Below, piece after piece: positions 17,328 through 26,155 of a stretch of DNA of 40,763 nucleotides; position 1 is the stretch's first letter; each line of letters opens with the position of its first letter. Under the pieces are notes generated by a model. The model saw nothing but the letters and a program-made list of their open reading frames with translations. It was not told where the DNA came from and did not search any database. A program made the translations under genes and the position numbers. The stretch is from a virus (lineage: Duplodnaviria; Heunggongvirae; Uroviricota; Caudoviricetes). The stretch spans positions 128,001-168,763 of IMG/VR virus record IMGVR_UViG_3300029156_000001. One strand, given 5' to 3'.

Positions 17328-19272
17328 TATTGCCAAGTTGTGTTTCAAGTTGCCCGAGTCCTTCTTAAAGACTTACAGAAATAAGCAGCCTGATTTTGGC
17401 CCGATTGGCCTATTCACTTTCAAGAGAACATATGCTCGCCAGATCGAAGGTGAAGATCGTACAGAAGAGTATTGGGAAACCTGTCGTCGCGTAGTAGAGG
17501 GCACTTTCTCGATTCAAAAGAATCATTGTACACGCAATCACTTGCCCTGGGACGAACGCAAGGCTCAACGTACTGCGAAACGTATGTTTGAACTTATGTG
17601 GACTTTTAAGTTTCTGCCCCCGGGGCGTGGACTATGGGCAATGGGTACCGACTATGTAGCTCAACGCGGTGGTGCTGCGTTGAATAATTGTGCTTTTGTT
17701 AGCACGAAAGATCTTGGTCAAGACGCCGTTAAACCATTCTTATTCATTATGGACATGAGCATGGTTGGAGTTGGGGTTGGATTTGACACCGAGGGCTCTG
17801 CCATGGCTGAGATTGTTGCCCCCGAAGGCAATGTAGAGTTTGTGGTAGAAGACAGTCGCGAAGGGTGGGTAGACGCCCTTCGTGTTTTATTAGAAGCATA
17901 CACCCAGGGTGGACCCCGGCCAAACTTCGACGTTTCACTTGTTCGTAAGGCAGGTTTGCTAATCAAAGGATTCGGAGGCACGTCCAGTGGCCCCGAGCCC
18001 CTCGTACAGATGCTCCATGATATTGAGGAGATTCTACGAGCAAGGCTTGGTGACGCATTGACCTCCTCTGATATCGTAGATATCGGCAACCTCATTGGTC
18101 GTTGTGTTGTGGCGGGGAACGTGAGACGTTCTGCTGAAATTGTCTTTGGTGATCCCGATGACAGTGAATTCTCTCTTTTGAAGCAGGACAAAGAAAAACT
18201 CCGAAGCCATCGCTGGGCATCTAACAATAGTATCTTTGCTAGGGTTGGCATGGACTATGATTGGCACGCCCAACAAACTGCCGTCAATGGAGAGCCGGGC
18301 TATATGTGGCTCGATAATGCACGAGCCTACGGCAGAATGAAAGATGTTCCTGATTGGGCCGATCGCGAAGCCGTTGGTGGCAATCCGTGTCTTGAGCAGA
18401 CGCTTCATAACTATGAGCTTTGTACTCTTGTAGAGACCTTTCCTTCGAGACATGAAAACCTTGAGGAGTATTTAGAGACACTCAAGATTGCATATCTATA
18501 TGCCAAAAGTGTAACGTTGGTGCCAACCCACTGGCCAGAAACCAATGCGGTCATGACCCGCAATCGTCGGATTGGCCTTAGTCAGTCCGGTATCATCAAG
18601 GCGTTTGGTCGTCATGGTCGTCGTGAGATTATGGAGTGGTGTGATAAAGGGTACGAATTCATCAATGGACTTGACATTCAATATTCAAACTGGCTTGGAG
18701 TTCCAAAGAGCATCAAAAAAACTTCAGTCAAACCTAGCGGCACTATTAGCCTCCTGCCCGGCGAACCGCCCGGTATCCACTATCCGCATTCGGAATATTA
18801 TATCCGACGCATTCGTGTCGGCATCCATAGCCCGCTATGGAGGGCCGCTGCTGCGGCAGGCTATCAAGTCGAACCTGCTGTTGGACAAGAAGAAAGCACA
18901 ATGGTCGTTTCTTTTCCTGTCCAAGAAGAATTCTTCCGTAAGGGCAAGTCCGATGTTACCCTTTGGGAACAGGTCACAAATGCGGTAAAGTACCAGCGGT
19001 ATTGGGCTGACAATCAGGTGTCTATTACCGTGACCTTTAATGCCGATGAAGAAGATGATATCAAGCATGTCCTTGAATTGTATGAAGATTCTTTGAAGGG
19101 AATCTCTTTTTTGCCCCTGGATGATCACGGCTACGTTCAAGCACCGTATGAAACAATCACTCAGGAAATGTACGAAGAAATGATGATGGGGGTAACGCCC
19201 ATTGATTTAGGTGACGTAGATTCTCAAGCAGAGGCCCCACGCTTTTGCGACGGAGATCGTTGCACAATCTGA
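17320..19272 (+). CDS. nrdJ: Class II (B12-dependent, monomeric RTPR-type) ribonucleotide reductase
   Basis: FLPPGRGLW, NNCAF, AGNVRRSAEI, NGEPG, NPCLEQ, CTLVE, NRRIG, VKPSGT, C-terminal CDGDRC. Confidence 0.95.
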   Translation: MFDIAKLCFKLPESFLKTYRNKQPDFGPIGLFTFKRTYARQIEGEDRTEEYWETCRRVVEGTFSIQKNHCTRNHLPWDERKAQRTAKRMFELMWTFKFLPPGRGLWAMGTDYVAQRGGAALNNCAFVSTKDLGQDAVKPFLFIMDMSMVGVGVGFDTEGSAMAEIVAPEGNVEFVVEDSREGWVDALRVLLEAYTQGGPRPNFDVSLVRKAGLLIKGFGGTSSGPEPLVQMLHDIEEILRARLGDALTSSDIVDIGNLIGRCVVAGNVRRSAEIVFGDPDDSEFSLLKQDKEKLRSHRWASNNSIFARVGMDYDWHAQQTAVNGEPGYMWLDNARAYGRMKDVPDWADREAVGGNPCLEQTLHNYELCTLVETFPSRHENLEEYLETLKIAYLYAKSVTLVPTHWPETNAVMTRNRRIGLSQSGIIKAFGRHGRREIMEWCDKGYEFINGLDIQYSNWLGVPKSIKKTSVKPSGTISLLPGEPPGIHYPHSEYYIRRIRVGIHSPLWRAAAAAGYQVEPAVGQEESTMVVSFPVQEEFFRKGKSDVTLWEQVTNAVKYQRYWADNQVSITVTFNADEEDDIKHVLELYEDSLKGISFLPLDDHGYVQAPYETITQEMYEEMMMGVTPIDLGDVDSQAEAPRFCDGDRCTI

Positions 19273-19301
19273 TTAACAACCTAGTCCGCAGGACGTATAA
19301 T
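19273..19301 (+). promoter_or_regulatory. Sigma70-type promoter
   Basis: TTAACA (19273-19278), 17 bp spacer, TATAAT (19296-19301), 9 nt before ATG 19311. Confidence 0.8.
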
Positions 19302-19310
19302 AGAGACACT

Positions 19311-19622
19311 ATGAATCAACCACAACCGACTGAACAAATTGTAATTACTCACCCGAAGGATGCCGACGGCCAAGATGTCAAGTATAGTTTTATGCTTACT
19401 CTTAGCAAGAGAATCGAAAAAGACCTTGAGGGCCGCCTGATTCAAGCCGTTGGCACTCTTGACGGTATCGATAATCTCCAACCTAATATGGGTCGCTACA
19501 CCATTGGTATTACTGTTGCTCGTAGCTTCGATCCTGACGAAGTTATTACCGAACTTAAGCGTCGTCTTGAGGCCGACGTTCTAAGTGATATCGTGCGACC
19601 TACGCTGGTTGTACCTGAGTAA
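19311..19622 (+). CDS. Hypothetical protein
   Basis: ORF from ATG 19311 (MNQPQP) just downstream of the promoter. Confidence 0.7.
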   Translation: MNQPQPTEQIVITHPKDADGQDVKYSFMLTLSKRIEKDLEGRLIQAVGTLDGIDNLQPNMGRYTIGITVARSFDPDEVITELKRRLEADVLSDIVRPTLVVPE

Positions 19623-19780
19623 TGTACTATACCCCCACTGTTATTGTGCCTGGGTTTACCGCACACGGTAACCTGGGGAACGCTGTGGCTATGGCAAAAC
19701 GTGATGGCACGTATGTCATGGACAACGATTTCAACACCATAGACGAATTTGACTTCCGTGTTACCTGGACTACAGCATGA
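19622..19780 (+). CDS. Small hypothetical protein (52 aa, absent from ORF track)
   Basis: MYYTPTVIVPGF...RVTWTTA*. TAATG overlap upstream and ATGA overlap with thyX; fills the gap exactly. Confidence 0.7.
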   Translation: MYYTPTVIVPGFTAHGNLGNAVAMAKRDGTYVMDNDFNTIDEFDFRVTWTTA

Positions 19781-20550
19781 ACGTACAAAAAACCGAGAAG
19801 CCGCCCGGAGCTATCGATCTCTTTGGTGGCCAGGGATTCATTGCCCGCCTTGACGACAACTGTGCAGGCTCCGATCTCACTGTGGTCAACTCTGCTCGCG
19901 TCTCCTTCGGGGGCCGCGAAGATGGCCTCACTGAGCGTGGTGAAAAACTGCTAGCTTACTTGGCTGAGCACAAACATATGTCGCCATTTCGGCACCCTCA
20001 AATCTGTTTTCATTTGAAGGCTCCCGAAATGATGATGCGACAGGCGTATAAACACGTTGTCGGAATCGATTGGACCTCGGGTGCTCCTCCTATCAAGGAT
20101 CATGCATGGAACGAAATTAGTGGGCGATACGTTATGTATGATGACGTGTATGAGCCCACTGAGTTTCGCCCACAAAGCCAGGACAACAAGCAGGCTAGTG
20201 AAGATGGTGACCTGAGTAAAGAGTGGACAAACCTTACTTGGTATCCGGACGACGATGACGAAAAGTTGACCGTTCGTGAAGCTTACAAGCTCGGCATTGA
20301 TAACTGTAAAAAGATCTATCAGACACTAGTTGACGCTGGAGTTGCTAAAGAGCAAGCACGCTTAGTGATGCCATTTGCTACCTTCACCGAGGTCATCTGG
20401 ACCTGTTCGCTCGAAGCGGTGATGCATTTTGTAAAACTTCGGCAACATGCTGGTGCTCAATGGGAGATCAGAGAGTTTGCCGAGGCCGTCGAAACCTTGA
20501 CGCGGGAACGATTCCCTGTCTCAACTGAAGTTCTTTTGAAGCATCTATGA
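19777..20550 (+). CDS. thyX: Flavin-dependent thymidylate synthase
   Basis: DLTVVNSARVSF, YLA.HKH.SPF.H, RQ..KH, WNEISGRY, GVAKEQAR.V.P, LR....AQWEIR. Confidence 0.93.
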   Translation: MNVQKTEKPPGAIDLFGGQGFIARLDDNCAGSDLTVVNSARVSFGGREDGLTERGEKLLAYLAEHKHMSPFRHPQICFHLKAPEMMMRQAYKHVVGIDWTSGAPPIKDHAWNEISGRYVMYDDVYEPTEFRPQSQDNKQASEDGDLSKEWTNLTWYPDDDDEKLTVREAYKLGIDNCKKIYQTLVDAGVAKEQARLVMPFATFTEVIWTCSLEAVMHFVKLRQHAGAQWEIREFAEAVETLTRERFPVSTEVLLKHL

Positions 20551-21101
20551 TTAAACAAATCACCATCGCGGCCCTTGCCGTACTCATGTTTGTTGGTGTG
20601 GCAGCATCGCTTCCACAAACTCTCGTGGCCCAGCCCGCACCCATCCCCCCACAGCAGGCACAGGCACTCTTTATTGGACAACCTAACGTCGGCCCCGAAG
20701 CCACTGAGGATTTTGTCACGATCACCATTCGTGCTCTCCCGATTAGTGGTGGCCCCGGCAACCCGGGCACCTTCCTTGTCCTGCCGGAAAACGTCACACA
20801 AACGCCGGGCGGCGGCCTTGCTGTGGCTAACGACCTAACCCTTGTGCTCACGGATGTTCGCATCACCTACCTGAATAACCCTTCTACTCGTTTAGAGCTA
20901 AGGGAACAGTCACAAACTCTCAGTGTAAACAGACTGTTACTTACGGAAAGTAGCATGGTGGATGGCTGGCAGTCGTCTGTTGGCGTAACATTTACCGGCG
21001 ATACTTCGGTGGGCCTTGGTGTCGTACTTACAAAAGCCGATAATCTAGATCCTAATCCAACTGTGGATCTTGAATTGGTGGGCTACGTGACCAATAGATG
21101 A
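20547..21101 (+). CDS. Putative exported protein
   Basis: MIKQ followed by a hydrophobic stretch (IAALAVLMFVGVAA), a P/Q-rich linker and a beta-rich domain. Confidence 0.65.
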   Translation: MIKQITIAALAVLMFVGVAASLPQTLVAQPAPIPPQQAQALFIGQPNVGPEATEDFVTITIRALPISGGPGNPGTFLVLPENVTQTPGGGLAVANDLTLVLTDVRITYLNNPSTRLELREQSQTLSVNRLLLTESSMVDGWQSSVGVTFTGDTSVGLGVVLTKADNLDPNPTVDLELVGYVTNR

Positions 21102-21487
21102 GCGAGGATCTCATTTGGGCCGCTGGACTTTTTGATGGCGAAGGCTGCATTGGTATTTACAATACCACAGACGGCACCAATCTTGCGTTTCAGCTTGGCA
21201 TGACAGATGAACCTACCGTAGCTCGTTTTGCAGACATTTTAGATTTAACTTATATAGAGCGTGGTGATCAATCATCACGCTTTTTTGTTGTTGCTATAAG
21301 CCATGCAACCGCAGAACGTGCTGTACGTCTACTGTGGCCATATTTATACACCAAACGGCGACAAGCACGTTTAGCCTTAATATTTCGTAGTACATTTAGT
21401 GGCTATGGACGCCTTTCAGATGAGACAAAACTGGTACGTGATCGCTGCAAAGACCTTATTGCTAGAGCTAAGAAGCCTCGTAAATAG
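21098..21487 (+). CDS. Single-motif LAGLIDADG homing endonuclease
   Basis: WAAGLFDGEGCI, MTD, L.PYL.TK..QA.L. Confidence 0.85.
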   Translation: MSEDLIWAAGLFDGEGCIGIYNTTDGTNLAFQLGMTDEPTVARFADILDLTYIERGDQSSRFFVVAISHATAERAVRLLWPYLYTKRRQARLALIFRSTFSGYGRLSDETKLVRDRCKDLIARAKKPRK

Positions 21488-21502
21488 TGTACTGTTAGGT
21501 GG
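21485..21502 (+). promoter_or_regulatory. Candidate phage-specific (late) promoter motif
   Basis: TAGTGTA-ctgtta-GGTGG. The same heptamer occurs sense-oriented in three other intergenic gaps. Confidence 0.45.
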
Positions 21503-21550
21503 TCACGTTTAGTCTCATCCCAGGATGAGGGTCTCTAAAAAGGTAAAGTA

Positions 21551-21994
21551 ATGACTAACTTAGTACAATCTATTGTCGGTTCCGGTACTGTCCCTCCGGT
21601 TCGTGCCATTTTGCCCGCTGATCAGCGAGGCTCAGAGCCCTTGGGTGGGGGTGTACGTACCGGCATTCAAGTGATGGTCGGCAACCCCGAAGACCTATTG
21701 GCCGTCGATGCATTTGCAGCATCCGGTATTACGGTAGGCACAGCCGCCATTGATATTCTCAGTCCTGGACGCAATCCGTTGCCTAGGTGTCGCGAAGTGT
21801 TAGTTGAAAACGTTGGTGGTGCTGACGTATATCTCAGCCACAATCCAGACTTCCCTACGGAAGATGCGTTTGAGCTTGCCACAGAAGGTACGGCGGGTCG
21901 CGAGACGCGAGTACGATTGCCGCTTCTACACAACGTATCGTTATATGCTAAGACTGCGGCAGGAACCAGCAGCGTTCGACTGTTGATTTTCTAA
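21551..21994 (+). CDS. Putative virion structural protein (paralog of next gene)
   Basis: Beta-rich, shares QS..GSGTVP and the C-terminal domain pattern with 22022..22465. Confidence 0.55.
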   Translation: MTNLVQSIVGSGTVPPVRAILPADQRGSEPLGGGVRTGIQVMVGNPEDLLAVDAFAASGITVGTAAIDILSPGRNPLPRCREVLVENVGGADVYLSHNPDFPTEDAFELATEGTAGRETRVRLPLLHNVSLYAKTAAGTSSVRLLIF

Positions 21995-22021
21995 GGGGCT
22001 TCCCTTTAAAGGAGGCTCCTC

Positions 22022-22465
22022 ATGGGCAACTATGAACAATCAACCGTAATTGGATCGGGAACGGTTCCGTCTCTATACCAGGGTCCTACTCATGGTATTG
22101 CAGACGGCACGTTCCCTATGCCAACACAAAGGGATTCACTTAGAACTCGTCGTGCCGACAGAGTGGCCGTTGCCAACTGTGAAGATTTTAGTGTTAACAT
22201 TGGTCTACTTTCTGCTGCTGTTACTGTCGCTACATCAGCCACGCCGCTACCCGCTGTGTCGCTAGAGTTTCGCAGAGCACTTGTAGTACATAATAATAGC
22301 TCGGTCACCGTTTTCTTGGGTGACTCATCTGTCACGACCGCTAACGGATTCCCTCTCCTTGCAGGAGAGAAGATGGCCTTTGACATTCAGGGTAACCAAA
22401 ATGTGGTTGTCTATGGCATTGTGGACAGTGCTACCGCCGATGTGCGAGTGATGGAGCTTGCATAA
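22022..22465 (+). CDS. Putative virion structural protein
   Basis: GGAGG RBS. VTV.TSAT.LP....RRAL.VHNN...VFLG...VT..NGFPL pattern. Confidence 0.55.
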   Translation: MGNYEQSTVIGSGTVPSLYQGPTHGIADGTFPMPTQRDSLRTRRADRVAVANCEDFSVNIGLLSAAVTVATSATPLPAVSLEFRRALVVHNNSSVTVFLGDSSVTTANGFPLLAGEKMAFDIQGNQNVVVYGIVDSATADVRVMELA

Positions 22466-22869
22466 TGAATATTGGCGTTGGCGGTATCGTTTCTGTTGGC
22501 GGCGGCACCGGAGGCGGTGGCGGCTCTAGTAGTGGTATCACTACCGTTAACCCCGGTAACAGCACTGGTCCCATTGTTGAATGGCAGGGGGTTAACGGTA
22601 TTAGCGTTACGTCGCCCAGCACCAACGTCGTGCTTATTGATGGGGCGGGTGCTTCGGGTGTGGGCGGTACGGTATCCAAGTTCGCTCAAGATTTCACGAA
22701 CATCACCAGCGGTGTCTTTACGCATAGTTTTGGTACCCTAGACGTGATCATCCAAGTCTTCGACACAAGGAGACAGGTGATTTTGCCTGATACCATTATC
22801 GTGGAAAACGCTAATGAAATTAGCTTGACTTTCAATCGGCCACAATCTGGTCGGGTCGTAGTAGTATAG
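22465..22869 (+). CDS. Gly-rich tail-fibre/virion accessory protein
   Basis: Poly-Gly N-terminus, C-terminal FTN.TS....H...T..VI.QV.D...ILPD.I....AN.....FNR.QSGR.V domain. Confidence 0.6.
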   Translation: MNIGVGGIVSVGGGTGGGGGSSSGITTVNPGNSTGPIVEWQGVNGISVTSPSTNVVLIDGAGASGVGGTVSKFAQDFTNITSGVFTHSFGTLDVIIQVFDTRRQVILPDTIIVENANEISLTFNRPQSGRVVVV

Positions 22870-22884
22870 TGTACTCCTTGGTAG
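22867..22884 (+). promoter_or_regulatory. Candidate phage-specific (late) promoter motif
   Basis: TAGTGTA-ctcctt-GGTAG, followed by GGAGG RBS. Confidence 0.45.
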
Positions 22885-22897
22885 GGAGGATGTAGAT

Positions 22898-23572
22898 ATG
22901 GGATTTCCGATTAATGGCGACATTGTTCCGAGCCTCAGTGGCTTTGCGAACCTGGGTGTAGACGTTAGTGCCAACGGCATTAATGCTTTTGATTTTGATA
23001 CTATTAGACCTTTTGGGCACATTCACCAGAACAGTGGTGTCTTCCATCATGCCACTTCGACAGGGTGGGAATCTGGTGTCCTAAGATTTAATTCAGCTAC
23101 ACCATGTTTTGAGGTATCAACTGATGGTGGTATCTCTTTTGCTTGTGTGGTCACTAGTGCCGGTGGATCTGTCGTAACATCTGTTGGTGTTCTTGGTGAT
23201 ACAGACCTCACTGGTGACGTTGACTTTGCTAGTCCTCCGAGTGGCTTCATTGTGATCGAAGACACGGGTAACGCATCGCCCCTATTGTGGAGCGTTGATA
23301 CCCTTGGATTGTCTGGTCTGTGGGGATTCCCCACTAACGGCTTCAGTAGCGTTCCAACCTGTTACAATGAGACTTTCACAAATCAAACTTCCGTAGCGGC
23401 AAACCACGCTCTCAATACTTCAAATGTTATTGTTCAGGTGTATGACAACGAATCTCCTCCCGCACAGATTCTACCCGATATGATTGTCATTACCGATGCT
23501 AACAACGTTACTGTTTCTTTTAACAGACAGCAGAGTGGACGCATTGTCATTATGGCATGCGAAAATAGCTAA
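22898..23572 (+). CDS. Tail-fibre/virion accessory protein
   Basis: N-terminal domain shared with 23572..25596, C-terminal domain shared with 22465..22869. Confidence 0.6.
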   Translation: MGFPINGDIVPSLSGFANLGVDVSANGINAFDFDTIRPFGHIHQNSGVFHHATSTGWESGVLRFNSATPCFEVSTDGGISFACVVTSAGGSVVTSVGVLGDTDLTGDVDFASPPSGFIVIEDTGNASPLLWSVDTLGLSGLWGFPTNGFSSVPTCYNETFTNQTSVAANHALNTSNVIVQVYDNESPPAQILPDMIVITDANNVTVSFNRQQSGRIVIMACENS

Positions 23573-25596
23573 TGGCTAGACAAACCGGAGATCTTTATCC
23601 TAACGCTAGTGGTTCTGCTAGTCTTGGAGTTGAGCAGCTATCGCAAGATAGTTTCTCAAACGATATTCGTCCATATGCAACTGTTCACATGAACAGTGGT
23701 GTGTTTCACGATCCTCTTAATGGTCAATCTGGCATCATGCGATTTGTCAGATGGCCCAACAGCGATCGTACATTTGAATTTTCTAGTAACGGTGGACTAG
23801 ATTATCACTTAAGATTTGGTAGTATTGACGAAGGAAGTGCATTAGCTGGCTCTAAAATTGTCAGTGATGGTCCTCTGAACATGCAGGCTAGTGGTTTTTT
23901 CTTTACTAGTTTTCCAGGTAATAGCACGGGGGATGCGTTCGTCTTTGTGGCAAGGCGTGGCGAAGCAGCAAATAACGCAAATTTCATTGTTGATACAAAA
24001 GATGATGTTAATATTACTGCCGAAAGTTCTGTAACCATCAATGGTTTTGAAGGCATCAATCTAAATGCTATTTCCGATGGCAATATTGTTGCGAACGCCC
24101 AAGGAGAAACGGGTGGCCAAATTTGGCTCCGTTCTTTTGGTGCTAGTGGTCAGCTACGCTATCAATTTGGTCCGTACGAAGCGTGGCATGTGAGCCCAAG
24201 TCATACGTCAGATTACTTCCCGATTGCTCACTCGGGTCAAGTAAATCAGATGATCTTGGAATCTACTGTTGGTGTTGTTGACCTAGATTTTGCTTACGAT
24301 AATGGCAATGTAATATCGCCGCCATTGAACGGCATGGCTTATCAGGGTGCCACTATTAATGAACCAACATTGGCTACAGGTGATTTTATTGATCACTTAG
24401 ATCCTATTGTTGGTCATACCTCTTTTGGCTTAGCGGTCAGTGGATCTACACCAAACGCCGGTATTTTGCGTTGTGGTTCAACGTGGTTGCACATCTTATC
24501 TTCTGGTGCTACGAATGGTACTTTTTTAGGTTACAATAATTTAGGTGATTCACAAACTTTACTGAGTGCTAGTGGTGCTATGCTCATTGAGGCTCTCGGT
24601 GGCGACCTAGATTTATTTAGTAATAATGATGTAGATATTCGTGGAGACGAGAGAGTTAGAATTCGCTCTACTGGTGTTGCTGGAACTTTCGAGCTTGAAA
24701 CAACAACGAGTGCAGATATTGCGGCGGGCACTACGTGTACTATAAACGCTGATACTGACGTTAATATTTCTGCTGGATCTTCTCTTACTGGAGTTGCAAG
24801 CGTCAATATTGATCTTAGTGCTGGTACTCTGCTGTCTGATAGCGGTGGACAAATTACACTGTCGTCCTTTTCTACCAGTGGACAGTTAGAATATAGATTT
24901 GGTCCTCATCAATCTTGGTACATGAAGACCAGTGATTCGAGCACCAGTGGCCCATTTGGTGATGGTTTCAATCCATTGGTGCCATCTGGCCAAGTTCAGC
25001 AGATGATTCTTGAAAATTCGGTGCAAAGCATCGCAGACAGAGAAGGAAATATCACTGATGCTACAGCCCTTACGATGGTTGGCTGTAGTGGTGTTGAAGT
25101 TAGCGTTGATGAAATCACAGACACTATCACTGTCAGTGGTGTAGAATGCGTAGCTCACTTTTTCCAGCGAGGCACCGGTACGGTTTTCACGACCGGATTC
25201 GTTGTTCTTGACTACGACAATACCGTACGCTTGGATGCCGGTTACAGCTATTCTGCTGGTGTCTTGACTGTGCCCTTCACTGGATGGTATAAGATTTCTG
25301 CCACCACTAATATTCAGGTCAATAACGACAACGGTAATACCAGATGTACGTCTCAGACATTCATGACGTATAACGGACCTGTTGGTGGCGGTGGAGCATC
25401 TATCTTCCCAAGTGTAACCTATGGTCACCACTACGACTCAACTGTTGGTCGTCAAACCGGCAGCAATTGTTTCTACTACTATCTGTTTGGTGGCGATAAC
25501 ATCAGACTACAGAGTAGACGTTTGGCGGGCGGTGCTTTGGATCTTGAACACACCCTGGGTAGTACGTTATTGGTTGAGTTCAAGGGTAACAAATAA
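23572..25596 (+). CDS. Tail fibre/spike-like protein with C1q-like C-terminal domain
   Basis: G/S/T/N-rich 674 aa, internal duplicated module, beta-repeat stretches, GVLTVPFTGWYKISA ... YL.GGDNIRL. Confidence 0.65.
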   Translation: MARQTGDLYPNASGSASLGVEQLSQDSFSNDIRPYATVHMNSGVFHDPLNGQSGIMRFVRWPNSDRTFEFSSNGGLDYHLRFGSIDEGSALAGSKIVSDGPLNMQASGFFFTSFPGNSTGDAFVFVARRGEAANNANFIVDTKDDVNITAESSVTINGFEGINLNAISDGNIVANAQGETGGQIWLRSFGASGQLRYQFGPYEAWHVSPSHTSDYFPIAHSGQVNQMILESTVGVVDLDFAYDNGNVISPPLNGMAYQGATINEPTLATGDFIDHLDPIVGHTSFGLAVSGSTPNAGILRCGSTWLHILSSGATNGTFLGYNNLGDSQTLLSASGAMLIEALGGDLDLFSNNDVDIRGDERVRIRSTGVAGTFELETTTSADIAAGTTCTINADTDVNISAGSSLTGVASVNIDLSAGTLLSDSGGQITLSSFSTSGQLEYRFGPHQSWYMKTSDSSTSGPFGDGFNPLVPSGQVQQMILENSVQSIADREGNITDATALTMVGCSGVEVSVDEITDTITVSGVECVAHFFQRGTGTVFTTGFVVLDYDNTVRLDAGYSYSAGVLTVPFTGWYKISATTNIQVNNDNGNTRCTSQTFMTYNGPVGGGGASIFPSVTYGHHYDSTVGRQTGSNCFYYYLFGGDNIRLQSRRLAGGALDLEHTLGSTLLVEFKGNK

Positions 25597-25907
25597 TGCT
25601 GTATCAATTCCTAGCAGTTTTAATGCAAACTGACGCAACCATGTTGTCAGAATTACTACAACAGTATGGGCCTATGGGTTTAGCTTTTGGTGGAGTCTTA
25701 GCTCTTACGCTACAGCAGCGTAAGCGTATTGAAAACCTAGAAAAGCAACAACAAGAGGACCACGTACAACATCTCGCTGATCAAAAAGAAATGATCAATG
25801 AGTATGTAGAATTGGTAAAAAATAAGACCCGCGTACTAGCGGATCTTACTGGTTGTCTTAATGCCATCAAGGGCACTATCGAACGTATTGAACGTAAGGG
25901 GCCTTAG
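25596..25907 (+). CDS. Holin-like small membrane protein
   Basis: QYGPMGLAFGGVLAL hydrophobic segment followed by a coiled coil, located after the fibre genes. Confidence 0.5.
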   Translation: MLYQFLAVLMQTDATMLSELLQQYGPMGLAFGGVLALTLQQRKRIENLEKQQQEDHVQHLADQKEMINEYVELVKNKTRVLADLTGCLNAIKGTIERIERKGP

Positions 25908-26155
25908 ACAATCCTCGGGGTGTTTGTCCCCGGCCCCTGTGTTTTGCCTTCTTTTCTAGCTTGATCAGCGGCCATGCTTGCTTCGCCAGTCATGACGGCA
26001 GCACCAAAGGGCTTCTGTTCTGGACGCTGAAAGAACGCCAAAATCTCTTTGCGAAGTTCGTTACGAACCTCGGTCGGCACGTCAAACTGTTCCAGACGCT
26101 CACGCAGGATACGCTCTAAGGTTGTATTCAGGTTAGTTTTCTTTTCGCTGGGCAT
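25904..26155 (-). CDS. Hypothetical protein
   Basis: GGAG RBS before ATG 26155. Stop codon overlaps the convergent stop of the holin-like gene. Confidence 0.7.
   Translation of the reverse strand: MPSEKKTNLNTTLERILRERLEQFDVPTEVRNELRKEILAFFQRPEQKPFGAAVMTGEASMAADQARKEGKTQGPGTNTPRIV

Noticed and set aside
17718-18251. 177 aa minus-strand ORF, and similar antisense or alternate-frame ORFs throughout the track
   Set aside because: They lie wholly inside well-supported genes, lack motifs and RBSs, and oppose the strand organisation. Treated as shadow ORFs.
17320-19272. Possible intein or intron in nrdJ given the adjacent HNH
   Set aside because: The ORF is continuous, motifs are normally spaced, and no intein termini were seen.
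19777-20550. ThyX lacking the literal RHRxxS motif as a sign of a modified-base synthase
   Set aside because: The RQ..KH...NE.S.RY variant fits ThyX diversity, and the family-4 UDG argues against uracil-containing DNA.
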